A stretch of 64,000 nt of DNA from an uncultured Acidobacteriota bacterium (GTDB taxonomy: Bacteria; Acidobacteriota; Thermoanaerobaculia; UBA5066; Gp7-AA6). Shown here piece after piece: positions 47,697 through 58,592 of this stretch. The first letter of the stretch is position 1; each line of letters opens with the position of its first letter. The notes beneath the pieces are model-generated. The model ran no database searches. It was not told the origin of the DNA and saw only the letters and a program-made list of their open reading frames with translations. The position numbers and the translations under genes were made by a program. Location: assembly GCA_963764715.1 (NCBI GenBank), contig CAVXTP010000006.1:192001-256000 (forward strand), given 5' to 3'.

Positions 47697-48521
47697 TCAA
47701 GCCTTCCCCTCCCAGGTCTCCGAGGAGTGATCGTACGCCGGGAGCTCGACCGGCCAGCCATTCCGTCGAAATCGGTCCCATTCCCAGACCCGGGCCCACT
47801 TGAGGAAAACGCTCCAGGCCTGGAGCCCGCACAGGACGAGGCCGTGGCGGCCGTCCAGGAAACCGGCCTGGATCACGTACATCCGGAAGAACCGCCAGCC
47901 CGGCCGCACCAGGAGCTCGGCCAGGCCCGCCCGACGCCCGGCCCGGAAGAGGTCGGCCGCGCCCCAGGCCGCGTACCGGTGGAGCTTCTCGAGGTACTGG
48001 CCGAGGGAACGGCACGTGTAGTGGACCATCGGCGTCTGCAGAATCGGCGTCGCGCCCGGCGGGTCGAGGTCCGCGTGGACGCGCCGATTGGGGTACCGCG
48101 CCACCCCGCGCTCCATCAGGCGGACGACCTTGTCGGTCGACCAGCCCGAATGACGGATGATCCGGTCGAGAAAGACGTTTTCGCGCCGAATGAAGTAGGC
48201 CCGGGCCTCGGGGCCCTTCTCGAGGAGCTCCAGGATCTCGCGGGCGAGGGCCTCGGGGATGCGCTCGTCGGCGTCGAGGATCAGGAGCCAGGGCGTCGTG
48301 ACCCGGTCCATGGCCCAGTTCTTCTGGGCCGCCGAGCCGAAGTACTCGCGCTGCACGATCTCGACCTTCGGGTAAGAGCGCGCGATCTCGAGGGTGCCGT
48401 CGGTCGAGAAGGAATCGACGAGGAGGATCGCGTCGACGAACCCGAGGCTCTCGAGGCACCCGCGAAGGTTGACCTCCTCATTGAGGGTGGTCACGATGGC
48501 AGTCAGCTGGGGTCGCGGCAT
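47697..48521 (-). CDS. GT2 glycosyltransferase (WaaE/KdtX-like LPS core glucosyltransferase)
   Basis: TLNEE, VDSFSTDGT, AQKNWA, LDADER, GFLDGRHGL. Confidence 0.88.
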   Translation of the reverse strand: MPRPQLTAIVTTLNEEVNLRGCLESLGFVDAILLVDSFSTDGTLEIARSYPKVEIVQREYFGSAAQKNWAMDRVTTPWLLILDADERIPEALAREILELLEKGPEARAYFIRRENVFLDRIIRHSGWSTDKVVRLMERGVARYPNRRVHADLDPPGATPILQTPMVHYTCRSLGQYLEKLHRYAAWGAADLFRAGRRAGLAELLVRPGWRFFRMYVIQAGFLDGRHGLVLCGLQAWSVFLKWARVWEWDRFRRNGWPVELPAYDHSSETWEGKA

Positions 48522-48554
48522 TGCTGTGTCGGGACGACCCTCGCGGCCGTCCGC

Positions 48555-48579
48555 GGGCGGGGGCAAGCCCCGCCCCTAC
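48555..48579 (-). repeat. GTAG-type REP palindrome, copy 1
   Basis: Minus strand GTAGGGGCGGGGCTTGCCCCCGCCC; near-identical copy at 63799-63823. Confidence 0.75.
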
Positions 48580-48601
48580 GACCGGAGGACCGGCCGGTAC
48601 T

Positions 48602-49384
48602 CTAGTCCACCCGCACCTGCACGCGCTCGATCTTGCGCGCCTTGCCCGTCGCCTCGTCGACGTCGATCACGGCGCCGGAGAGGCGGATGTCCTTCTTCGC
48701 CGTCTCGAAGGAGCGCGGCGTCTGCGACAGGAACTTCTCGATGATCCGGTCCTTCGAGAAGCCGATGATGCCCTCGTAGGCGCCCGTCATGCCCGCGTCC
48801 GAAAGGTACGCCGTGCCGCCGGGGCGGATCGTCTCGTCGGCCGTCGGGACGTGGGTGTGGGTGCCGACGACGACCGAGACGCGGCCGTCGAGGTACCAGC
48901 CGATGGCGGCCTTCTCGGACGTCGCCTCGGCGTGCATGTCGACCAGGATGACCTTGACGTCCCCGGCGCGCGCGAGCTCCTCGTCGGCCACGCGGAACGG
49001 CGAGTCCGCGTTGGCCGGCATGAAGACCTGCCCCTGGAGATTGAGGACGCCGACCGGGATGCCGGCGGACGTCGACTGGACCGTCCAGCCCCGCCCGGGG
49101 TTGCCGGGGGGATAGTTGGCCGGGCGCAGGAGCCGATCGGAGCGGTTCAGCGTGTCGTAGATCTCTTTCTTGTCCCAGATGTGGTTGCCGGAAGAGAACA
49201 CGTCGATCGGCATCTTCGAGAGGTCGTCGAAGAGCTCGACGGTCAGGCCGAAGCCTCCCGCCGCGTTCTCGACGTTGACGACCGTGAAGTCGATCTTGTG
49301 GCGGTCGATGACTCCCTCGAGGGCATCGACGAGCGCGCGGCGCCCCGGGGCGCCGACGACGTCGCCGACGAACAGGATGTTCAT
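48602..49384 (-). CDS. ymdB: YmdB-like metallophosphoesterase (TIGR00282 type)
   Basis: GDVVG, NVENAAGG, GNH, RPANYP, DMHAEATSEK, GTHTH, DAGMTG; follows rny. Confidence 0.93.
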   Translation of the reverse strand: MNILFVGDVVGAPGRRALVDALEGVIDRHKIDFTVVNVENAAGGFGLTVELFDDLSKMPIDVFSSGNHIWDKKEIYDTLNRSDRLLRPANYPPGNPGRGWTVQSTSAGIPVGVLNLQGQVFMPANADSPFRVADEELARAGDVKVILVDMHAEATSEKAAIGWYLDGRVSVVVGTHTHVPTADETIRPGGTAYLSDAGMTGAYEGIIGFSKDRIIEKFLSQTPRSFETAKKDIRLSGAVIDVDEATGKARKIERVQVRVD

Positions 49385-49388
49385 CCGG

Positions 49389-50957
<1,569 letters not shown>

Positions 50958-50979
50958 TCCGCCCCCCAACAAAAAGCCC

Positions 50980-51133
50980 GGGGGCGCCGCGTGACGCGCG
51001 TCGACTACACGATGGACCGGAAGCGACTCTTCCGACGAGGTTTACGCACGGATGAGACCCAGGCCATCCTCAAGACCACTCGTATTCCTTCGTGTATCCC
51101 CGCCCTTCGGTCGGGGTGCCGACGCTCGCCCCC
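50980..51133 (-). ncRNA. ssrS: structured intergenic RNA, probable 6S RNA
   Basis: Directly downstream of zapA (known 6S synteny); end-to-end pairing GGGGGCG/CGCCCCC, GCGTCGGC/GTCGACGC, TACACGA/TCGTGTA, ACGAG/CTCGT, GGATG/CATCC. Confidence 0.55.
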
Positions 51134-51426
51134 TAGGCGCCCAGGGCGTCGTCCAGTTTTCGAATCAGGCGCTCCGCACGGGCTCTGGCGTCCGTCGGGT
51201 CGCCCTGCCTGCGTTTTTCCGTCTGGTGAAGATCGTCTGAAATGTTCAGGGCGGCCAGGATGGCGATCTTCGTCGTGTCGACCGTTGCCGTCCGCTCTGC
51301 CACTTCTTTCATCCGGGTATCGACGAAACGGGCCAAATCGTGAATGTAGCCGCTGTCTCCTTCCGCGCGGACGCTGTACGTCTGCCCGAAAATCTCGACT
51401 TGAGTCACGCTGCCCCGCTTATCCAT
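51133..51426 (-). CDS. zapA: cell division protein ZapA
   Basis: VEIFGQTYSV, LARFVDTRM, AILAALNISDDL. Confidence 0.92.
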   Translation of the reverse strand: MDKRGSVTQVEIFGQTYSVRAEGDSGYIHDLARFVDTRMKEVAERTATVDTTKIAILAALNISDDLHQTEKRRQGDPTDARARAERLIRKLDDALGA

Positions 51427-51453
51427 CGAGACACTGACTCCTTTCCTCACGCG

Positions 51454-51483
51454 AGTCTAGTGCGTTTCTGCCTGAGCCGTCAA
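51454..51483 (-). promoter_or_regulatory. sigma70-like promoter for zapA-(6S)-rny-ymdB
   Basis: TTGACG-18 nt-TAGACT on the minus strand. Confidence 0.55.
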
Positions 51484-51509
51484 CGGTTTAGCCGTAACTC
51501 GCGGGGACA

Positions 51510-51764
51510 TTAAGACTTCTTTTCCTCGGCCGCTTCGAGGGCGTGGATGAGCTTCTCGAGCCGCTCGCGCACGAGGTCCTGCTCGCGCTCGAGTTTCTCG
51601 ACGGCCCCGCGGGAGTCCCCCGCCTCCTTTTCGGCCTTGCGAGCCGCGGCCAGGTCCGCCCGGAGCTTTTCGTTCTCGGATTCGAGCGACTTCAGGCGGC
51701 CGAGCAGCCGCTCGATCTTCTTGTCCAGCGTGTCGAAAACTCTGGTCGTGTCCATGCTCTCCAT
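51510..51764 (-). CDS. zapB: ZapB-like coiled-coil protein
   Basis: GGAGG SD; FDTLDKKIERLL..LESENEKL...VRERLEKLI; lies between pheT and zapA. Confidence 0.7.
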   Translation of the reverse strand: MESMDTTRVFDTLDKKIERLLGRLKSLESENEKLRADLAAARKAEKEAGDSRGAVEKLEREQDLVRERLEKLIHALEAAEEKKS

Positions 51765-51772
51765 TCCCCTCC

Positions 51773-53872
51773 CTACGCGAACGTGACTTTGAGCTCGCGC
51801 CGCAGCTCCTCCGCCAGTCCCTGGACCTGGCGGTTGACCTCCTCCTGCGCGAGCGTTCGTTCCCTGGATCGAAAGGTCAGGCGAATCGTGGTCTTGACCT
51901 GCCCCGGGGCGACGCTTCCGCCCTCGTAGCGATCGAGGCAGCGGACCGCCTCGAGGTCCGCGAGGCCGCGGGACCGCACGAAGGTCTCGACCGTTTCCCA
52001 GGACAGCTCCCGGGGCTGCGCGAACGAGAGATCGGCGGAAATCGGCGGCCGCGTCGAAAAGTCCCGGAACTCGAAAGGCGGCCGTTCGAGCGGCAGGGCG
52101 TCGACCAGGATCTCGCCCGCGAACACGGGCACCGCGATGTCCCGCCGCTCGCGTTCCGCGCCCGAAACGAGGCCCGCGACCGCGACGATCTCGCCCTGGC
52201 GGGTGTGGGCCGTCGCCGCCGCGCGCGCCGTGTAGCCCTTGATCGAGACCGGCTTCCAGGACAGGTCCGCGGCCGCGATCCACGGCGAGACGAGGCGCTC
52301 GACGAGGCCCTTGGCGTCGAAGAAGTCGGCCGGGCGCAGCTTCTCGGGAAGGCTCCAGTGGGAACGCCGCTCGCCCGCGACCGCGAAGGCGAACCGGCGG
52401 GACTCGTACGATTCGGGCCGATCCGATTCTCCGGCCGCCCCGAAGCCGCGCCCGACCTCGAAGAGCCCGACGGACGGCGCCCCGTGGCGCAGGTTGCGCG
52501 CGACGGCGTCGAGCAATCCCGGCAGGAGCGTCGCCCGCAGGTGATGGCGCGAGGCGTCCAGCGGATTGAGGATCGAAAGCGGCTCGAGCGCGGTCTCCGT
52601 CAGGCGCAGCCAGTCGCCCCAGGCCGACTCGTCCGCGTCCCGGTCGACGAAGGGGTAGTTGACCGTCTCGAAGAGACCCGACGCCGCGGCCCCGTCGCTC
52701 AGCCGCTCCTCGGCCTGGCGGCGGGGCTCCTTGTAGGCCCCCGGCGACGACGAGGGCGGCAGCCGCGAAGGCAGCCGGTCATAGCCGTAGACGCGAAGGA
52801 CTTCCTCGACGAGATCGTCCTCGCGGCGCACGTCCCCGCGGAAGAGCGGGATCGACACGGCGAGGCGCTTGCCCCGCCGTTCCGTCGGGAAGCCGAGGCG
52901 GGAGAGGGCCTCCTCGGCGAACTCGAGGTTGAGCCGGTTGTCGCCCGACAGCAGGCGCAGCCGCGCGAGGCGAAGCGCCGTCTTGCGGACCCGCAGCGGG
53001 ACCCCGTGGACGTCGAGGAACCCCGGGGCGACGGTGCCGCCGACGGACTCGACGAGCAGCCTCGCCGCCAGCGCGAGGGACGACGGGATCGCGTCGGGGT
53101 CGGCGCCGCGCTCGAAGCGGTGCGACGCGTCGGTGTGCATCCCGAGCCGTCGCGCCGTCTTTCGGATCGTCACCGGGTCCCACCACGCCGCTTCGAGCAG
53201 CACGTTCTTCGTCTGCGGCGTCACGGCGGTGTCGAGGCCCCCCATGATCCCGGCGAGCGAGATGGCCCGATCGGCGTCGGCGACCACGACGTCCGAGGGC
53301 TCGAGCGTCCGCTCGACGCCGTCCAGCGTGACGAGCTTCTCGCCCCGCCGGGCCTTGCGGACGATGATCAGCTGCCCCGCGACCTTGTCGTAGTCGAAGG
53401 CGTGGAGCGGCTGGCCCGTGTCCCAGAGCACGTAGTTCGTCGCGTCGACGGCGGCCGAGATCGACTTCGAGCCGATCGCGGAGAGCCTGCGGAGGACGAG
53501 CTCCCCCGCCGGCGCCGCGCCGATGCCGCGGACCACCCTCGCCCCGAAACGGCGGCAATGCTTCGGCACCTGGATGACGATCGAGGCGAGGCGCTCGGTC
53601 GACTCCCCGTCGGTCGGAGGCTCGGCGTAGCGCGCGGCGACGTCCTTCGCCGCCAGCCCGCCCATGGCCGCGATCTCGCGCGCGAGGCCGCGGTGGCCCA
53701 TGGCGTCCGGCCGGTTGGGCGTGATCTCGGCGTCGAGGATCGTGTCCGTGCCCGCGGCGGCGACGGACTCGATCGGGATGCCGGCCTGGTCGAGAAGCCG
53801 CCGGGCGCCCGCGGCTCCCCCGGCCGCGCCGACGTCGACGAAGTCCCCGAGCCACTCGAGCGAGAACTTCAA
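51773..53872 (-). CDS. pheT: phenylalanine--tRNA ligase beta subunit (short form, about 699 aa)
   Basis: TTG start overlapping the pheS stop; SLEWL, ITPNRPD, GQPLHAFD, TDASHRFERG, DLVEEVLR.YGY, FEVG. Confidence 0.93.
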   Translation of the reverse strand: MKFSLEWLGDFVDVGAAGGAAGARRLLDQAGIPIESVAAAGTDTILDAEITPNRPDAMGHRGLAREIAAMGGLAAKDVAARYAEPPTDGESTERLASIVIQVPKHCRRFGARVVRGIGAAPAGELVLRRLSAIGSKSISAAVDATNYVLWDTGQPLHAFDYDKVAGQLIIVRKARRGEKLVTLDGVERTLEPSDVVVADADRAISLAGIMGGLDTAVTPQTKNVLLEAAWWDPVTIRKTARRLGMHTDASHRFERGADPDAIPSSLALAARLLVESVGGTVAPGFLDVHGVPLRVRKTALRLARLRLLSGDNRLNLEFAEEALSRLGFPTERRGKRLAVSIPLFRGDVRREDDLVEEVLRVYGYDRLPSRLPPSSSPGAYKEPRRQAEERLSDGAAASGLFETVNYPFVDRDADESAWGDWLRLTETALEPLSILNPLDASRHHLRATLLPGLLDAVARNLRHGAPSVGLFEVGRGFGAAGESDRPESYESRRFAFAVAGERRSHWSLPEKLRPADFFDAKGLVERLVSPWIAAADLSWKPVSIKGYTARAAATAHTRQGEIVAVAGLVSGAERERRDIAVPVFAGEILVDALPLERPPFEFRDFSTRPPISADLSFAQPRELSWETVETFVRSRGLADLEAVRCLDRYEGGSVAPGQVKTTIRLTFRSRERTLAQEEVNRQVQGLAEELRRELKVTFA

Positions 53873-54921
53873 GCGAGCCCCGCAAACTGGCGCAGGAAGC
53901 GCTCGTCGCCTTCGAAGAGCAGGCGCAGGTCCGGGAAGCCGTACTTCAGGAGCGCCACGCGGTCGATCCCGAGGCCGAACGCGAATCCCGTGTACTCCTC
54001 GGGGTCGATCGCGACGCCCTGCAGGACGCGGGGGTGCACCATGCCGGCGCCCATGATCTCGATCCAGCCCGAGCCCTTGCACTTGGGGCAGCCGGAGCCA
54101 CGGCAGAAGATGCAGCTCATCGCCACGTCGACGCCCGGCTCGACGAAGGGAAAGAACGTCGGGATGAAGCGGGTCTTCGTCCCCTTCCCGAAGAGCTCCT
54201 CGAGGAAGACCGAGACGGTCCCCTTCAGGTCCGCCATCGAGATGCCCCGATCGACGACGAGGCCTTCGACCTGGTGGAAGACCGGCGAGTGGGTGGCGTC
54301 GACCTCGTCCTTGCGGTACACGCGGCCGGGAACGAGGATCCGCAGCGGCGCCCCGTGGCGGCGCATCTCCCGGATCTGGACGGGCGAGGTGTGGGTCCGC
54401 AGGAGCAGCGGCGACACGGCCTTCCGGTCGAGAAGAAGGGTGTCCTGGGTGTCGCGCGCCGGGTGCTCGGGCGGGAAGTTGAGCGCCTCGAAGTTGTGGA
54501 AGTCGTTCTCGACCTCCGGGCCGTCGGCGATCGAGTAGCCCATCCGCAGGAAGATGTCCTCGATCTGGCGGCGGACGATGGTGATCGGGTGGAGGCCGCC
54601 CTCGCGCGGGCGCCGCCCGGGCAGCGTGACGTCCACGGCGGCCGCGACGTCGCGCTCGGAGGCCTCGCGCGCTTCGAGCGCCTGCGCGAGCCGCCCGACG
54701 CCCTCCTCGATCTCGAGCTTCGCGGCGTTGACGCGCTGGCCGAAGGCCGCGCGCTCGGGCCCGGGCAGCTCCTTGAGCTTCCCGAAGAGCGCGGGCAGCA
54801 GGCCCTTCTCCCGGCCGAGGTAGCGCCCCTTCAGGCGCTCGAAGTCGGCGCGGGAAGACACACCTTTCCCGCTCTCCTCGCGAAAGGATTCGAGCAGCTC
54901 CTGGATCGGGTCCCGCGCCAC
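53869..54921 (-). CDS. pheS: phenylalanine--tRNA ligase alpha subunit
   Basis: HPARDTQDT, LRTHTSPVQ, FHQVEG, FPFVEP, GFAFGLGIDR. Confidence 0.97.
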   Translation of the reverse strand: MARDPIQELLESFREESGKGVSSRADFERLKGRYLGREKGLLPALFGKLKELPGPERAAFGQRVNAAKLEIEEGVGRLAQALEAREASERDVAAAVDVTLPGRRPREGGLHPITIVRRQIEDIFLRMGYSIADGPEVENDFHNFEALNFPPEHPARDTQDTLLLDRKAVSPLLLRTHTSPVQIREMRRHGAPLRILVPGRVYRKDEVDATHSPVFHQVEGLVVDRGISMADLKGTVSVFLEELFGKGTKTRFIPTFFPFVEPGVDVAMSCIFCRGSGCPKCKGSGWIEIMGAGMVHPRVLQGVAIDPEEYTGFAFGLGIDRVALLKYGFPDLRLLFEGDERFLRQFAGLA

Positions 54922-54937
54922 GTCCGGCGTCCCGTCC

Positions 54938-55300
54938 CTACGCGATCTTCAGGGCCTGCTTGGCGACTCCCACCAGATGCCCGAACGCGGCGGGATCGTG
55001 GACGGCCAGCTCGGCGAGCATCTTCCGGTTGATCTCGCTGCCGGCCTTCTTGAGGCCGTCGACGAGCTTCGAGTACGAGATCTCGTGCTCGCGCGCGGCG
55101 GCGTTGATCCGGATGATCCAGAGACCGCGGAAGTCGCGCTTCTTGGCCTTGCGGTCGCGGTACGCGTAGACGAGCGACTTCTCGACCTGGAGCTTCGCCA
55201 TCCGGTACGACTTGGACTTCGTCCCGTAGTAGCCCTTGGCGAGCGCCAGGGTCTTGGAACGCTTGTTCTTGCGCTTGGGTCCTCGTTTGACTCTCGGCAT
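54938..55300 (-). CDS. rplT: 50S ribosomal protein L20
   Basis: [38 protein letters not shown]. Confidence 0.97.
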   Translation of the reverse strand: MPRVKRGPKRKNKRSKTLALAKGYYGTKSKSYRMAKLQVEKSLVYAYRDRKAKKRDFRGLWIIRINAAAREHEISYSKLVDGLKKAGSEINRKMLAELAVHDPAAFGHLVGVAKQALKIA

Positions 55301-55339
55301 GATTTCTCTCCTCTGCGTGTGTCCGGGAGCTCCGGAGGG

Positions 55340-55537
55340 CTAGGCGTAGGGCAGCATCTCCCGCACGCGTTTCGTGTCGGACTTCGAGACGGTCGTCGCC
55401 TGCGCGAGCCCGCGCTTCCGGCCGGCGGCCTTCTTCGTCAGGATGTGGCTCTTGAACGCCTTCGCCCGCTTGAACTTGCCGGTCGCGGTCTTCTTGAACC
55501 GTTTCGCGGCCCCGCGGTGGGTCTTCAGTTTCGGCAT
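55340..55537 (-). CDS. rpmI: 50S ribosomal protein L35
   Basis: [23 protein letters not shown]. Confidence 0.97.
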   Translation of the reverse strand: MPKLKTHRGAAKRFKKTATGKFKRAKAFKSHILTKKAAGRKRGLAQATTVSKSDTKRVREMLPYA

Positions 55538-55560
55538 CGTTTTCTCCGCATCGGCGCGCG

Positions 55561-56100
55561 TCAGTCCGCGGCCTTGGTTCCCTTTTCGTGTTTGACGGGC
55601 GACAGGATCTGGTAGAGGCGGTTGCCCAGCATCTCGGAGCGCGACTCGGCGACGGCCTTGCCCTCGAGGTCCTTCAGGAGGCGGTCGAGCACCCGCTGGC
55701 CGTTCTCGCGCCGCGCCATCTCGCGCCCGCGGAACTGGACCGTGGCCTTGACCTTGTCCCCGTGCGACAGGAACTTGAGGATGTTCTTCATCTTGAAGTC
55801 GTAATCGTGGTCGTCGATGTTCGGCCGGAACTTCACTTCCTTGACCTGGGTCGTCTTCTGCTTCTTCTTGGAGTCCTGCTGCTTCTTCTTCTGCTGGTAG
55901 ATGAACTTCCCGAAGTTCATGATGCGGCAGACCGGCGGCTGGGCCGTCGGCGCGATCTCGACCAGGTCGAGGCCCGCCTCCCTCGCCTTCTGGAGCGCGT
56001 CCGACATCGTCACGACGCCGACCGCCTCTCCTTCGGCTCCGATCAGCCGGACTTCCTTCCAGCGGATCTGCTCATTGACTCGAATGCTCTTCTTATCGAT
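55561..56100 (-). CDS. infC: translation initiation factor IF-3, non-canonical ATC start
   Basis: GGAGGTG SD + AAAG + ATC(56100); reads [20 protein letters not shown] in frame with DLVEIAP..PPVCRIM and KEVKFRP. Confidence 0.9.
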   Translation of the reverse strand: MDKKSIRVNEQIRWKEVRLIGAEGEAVGVVTMSDALQKAREAGLDLVEIAPTAQPPVCRIMNFGKFIYQQKKKQQDSKKKQKTTQVKEVKFRPNIDDHDYDFKMKNILKFLSHGDKVKATVQFRGREMARRENGQRVLDRLLKDLEGKAVAESRSEMLGNRLYQILSPVKHEKGTKAAD

Positions 56101-58045
56101 CTTTCACCTCCGAAATCAGTTCCGGCCTCCGGGAGGCGACCGCGGACTGCGCGGCCGCCAGGAAATCCTCGAGGGTCATGGTGCCGGCGTCTCCGCCGTG
56201 GCGAAGGCGGACGGCGACCGCGCCGGACGCCGCCTCCTTCTCTCCCACGACGAGCATGCACGGCACCTTCTGGAGCTCGGCCTTCCGGATCCGGGCGCCG
56301 AGCTTCTCGTTGCGGTCGTCGAGCTCGACCCGGAATCCCGCCGCCGAGAGCCGGTCCGCGGCGGCGCGGGCCTTCTCGGCAAAGCGGTCGGAGACCGGCA
56401 GCACCACCGCCTGCACGGGCGCGATCCAGAACGGGAAATTCCCGGCCGTGTGCTCGATGAGAATCCCGAGGAACCGCTCGAAGGAGCCGAGGATCGCCCG
56501 GTGCATGATGACCGGCCGGTGCTCCTTCCCGTCCTCGCCGATGTAGGTGAGGTCGAAGCTCTCGGCGTGCTCGAAGTCGCACTGGATCGTGCCGAGCTGC
56601 CAGGGCCGGCCGAGCGCATCCTTCACGCGGAAATCGATCTTGGGACCGTAAAAGGCGCCGTCGCCGGGGGTCACGACGTGCTTGCGGCCCGCCTTCTCGA
56701 GGGCGGCCGCCAGGGCGCGTTCGCCGCGGTCCCACTGCGGGTCGGTGCCGATGCGCTTCTCCGGGCGCAGGCCGAGCGAGATCTCGACGTCCGTGAACCC
56801 GAAGGCGCCGTAGACGGCGTCGGTGAAGTCGAGGAACCGGAAGATCTCCTCCTCGACGTGCTCGAACGGCGTGAAGATGTGGGCGTCGTCCTGTGAAAAG
56901 GAGCGCACGCGCGTCAGCCCGGCCGTCACCCCCGAGAGCTCGTAACGGTGGAGGCGACCGAAGTCGGCCAGGCGCACGGGCAGGTCGCGGTAGGACCACA
57001 GCCGCGTCTTGAAGAGCAGGAAGTGGCCGGGGCAGTTCATCGGCTTGACGCCGAACTCGCGCTCGTCGATCTCCGTCCAGTACATGTTCTCGTGATAGTT
57101 CTGGTAATGGCCGGAGAGCTTGAAGAGCTCGGCGTCGAAGATCTGCGGCGTCAGGACCTCCTGGTAGCCGCGCTTCGCGTACTCGGCGCGCATGTACTCG
57201 AGCAGGCCGTTGTAGACGACGGCGCCCTTGGGCAGGAAGAACGGCGAGGCCGGCGCCCAGGGGTGAAACACGACGAGGTCGAGCTCCTTGCCCAGCTTGC
57301 GGTGGTCGCGGGCCCGGGCCTCCTCCTGCTGCTTCAGGTACGCGTCGAGGTCCTTCTGCGTCAGGAAGCAGGCGGCGTAGATGCGCTGGAGCATCGGGTT
57401 CTTCTCGTCGCCCTTCCAGTAGGCGCCGGCCGTGTGCGTCAGCTTGAAGACGCCGAGCTTGCCGGTCGAGGGAACGTGCGGCCCGCGGCAGAGGTCGATG
57501 AAGTCCTTCTGGCGGTAGCACGAGACCTTGTCGTCGGGGATCCCCCGGATGATCTCGACCTTGAGCGCGTCCTTCTGGGCCTCGAAGATCCGGATCGCCT
57601 CGTCCTTGGACATCTCGGAGCGCTCGATCCGGTTGTCCTCGGCGACGATCTTCCGCATCTCGGCCTCGATCGCGGCGAGGTCCTCGGGCGTGAAGGGCCG
57701 GCCCGGGTTGAAGTCGTAGTAGTAGCCGTTCTCGATCGCCGGGCCGATGCCGATCTGGACGGACGGGAAGAGGCGCTTGACGGCGTTGGCCGTCAGGTGC
57801 GCGGTCGAGTGACGGTAGAGGTCGAGCGCCTCGGGCGACTTGGGCGTCACGATCTCGACTTTCGCGTCGGCCCGGACCGGGGTCGCCAGGTCCACCAGCT
57901 TGCCGTCGAGTTTGGCGCCGAGCGCGTCCTTGGCCAGGCGCGGGCCGATGCCGGCCGCGATCTCGGCGAGCGTCGTGCCTGCCGGCACCGACTTCGTCGA
58001 GCCGTCAGGCAGCGTGATCGTGACTGTTTGTGCCAGGGCTTCCAT
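56093..58045 (-). CDS. thrS: threonine--tRNA ligase
   Basis: TGS domain, [48 protein letters not shown]. Confidence 0.97.
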   Translation of the reverse strand: MEALAQTVTITLPDGSTKSVPAGTTLAEIAAGIGPRLAKDALGAKLDGKLVDLATPVRADAKVEIVTPKSPEALDLYRHSTAHLTANAVKRLFPSVQIGIGPAIENGYYYDFNPGRPFTPEDLAAIEAEMRKIVAEDNRIERSEMSKDEAIRIFEAQKDALKVEIIRGIPDDKVSCYRQKDFIDLCRGPHVPSTGKLGVFKLTHTAGAYWKGDEKNPMLQRIYAACFLTQKDLDAYLKQQEEARARDHRKLGKELDLVVFHPWAPASPFFLPKGAVVYNGLLEYMRAEYAKRGYQEVLTPQIFDAELFKLSGHYQNYHENMYWTEIDEREFGVKPMNCPGHFLLFKTRLWSYRDLPVRLADFGRLHRYELSGVTAGLTRVRSFSQDDAHIFTPFEHVEEEIFRFLDFTDAVYGAFGFTDVEISLGLRPEKRIGTDPQWDRGERALAAALEKAGRKHVVTPGDGAFYGPKIDFRVKDALGRPWQLGTIQCDFEHAESFDLTYIGEDGKEHRPVIMHRAILGSFERFLGILIEHTAGNFPFWIAPVQAVVLPVSDRFAEKARAAADRLSAAGFRVELDDRNEKLGARIRKAELQKVPCMLVVGEKEAASGAVAVRLRHGGDAGTMTLEDFLAAAQSAVASRRPELISEVKDR

Positions 58046-58063
58046 GATGACATCCCAAAAAGA

Positions 58064-58088
58064 AAAAACGCGGAACCTCCGCGTTTTT
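58064..58088 (-). promoter_or_regulatory. thrS leader hairpin (terminator-like and/or tRNA-Thr anticodon mimic)
   Basis: Minus strand AAAAACGCG-GAGGTTC-CGCGTTTTT followed by a U-rich tract, 19-43 nt upstream of the thrS ATG. Confidence 0.6.
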
Positions 58089-58099
58089 CGAGACGAATT

Positions 58100-58175
58100 T
58101 GGTAGGCGCTAACGGGATCGAACCGTTGACCTCTTCCGTGTGAAGGAAGCGCTCTCCCAGCTGAGCTAAGCGCCT
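58100..58175 (-). tRNA. tRNA-Val(CAC)
   Basis: Cloverleaf; anticodon arm CTTCC-TT-CAC-AC-GGAAG; GGTTCGATCC T-arm; encoded CCA. Confidence 0.95.
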
Positions 58176-58190
58176 GCGTGTCGAAGAAAT

Positions 58191-58265
<75 letters not shown>

Positions 58266-58343
58266 GTTCTTCGATCCCGGTTTCCCGGGGGGCTACCGGC
58301 CGGAAGCCCGCGAAGGCATTTTCATCCCGGCCATCGTCCCTGA

Positions 58344-58411
58344 TTGTGAAAGAGCTGCCCGGCTCCCGAGCCGGGTCGGCGACTTTACCAGACGAGGCGA
58401 GGGGGCGGCAA
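58344..58411 (-). promoter_or_regulatory. promoter plus boxB-like hairpin and boxA-like element upstream of the tRNA-Val pair
   Basis: TTGCCG-18-TAAAGT with extended TG; hairpin CCCGGCTC-GG-GAGCCGGG; GCTCTTTCACAA. Confidence 0.55.
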
Positions 58412-58415
58412 ACCG

Positions 58416-58561
58416 GGAGGCAGGAGGCGGGCGACAGGAGGCAGGCGGCGAAGGAACCGGAAGCGGTAAGTAAGCAGTAAGCAGTAAGCAGTAAGCAGTA
58501 AGCGAACGGTAGCCTGATCCCTGCCTCCTGCCTCCTGCTTCCTGCCTCCTTCTTCCTGCTT
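58416..58561. repeat. composite heptamer array: (GGAGGCA-like)x5, (TAAGCAG)x4.7, (CCTGCCT-like)x6
   Basis: Read directly from the sequence; the outer arrays are reverse complements of each other. Confidence 0.85.
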
Positions 58562-58592
58562 CACCTGCTACACTGGATCGAGTCTCCCAAGA

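Noticed and set aside
58046-58099. T-box riboswitch upstream of thrS
   Set aside because: Only 54 nt separate the tRNA from thrS, and no T-box consensus (TGGNACCGCG) is present.
58416-58561. Possible CRISPR array
   Set aside because: Units are 7-bp tandem repeats without unique spacers, and there are no cas genes in the window.
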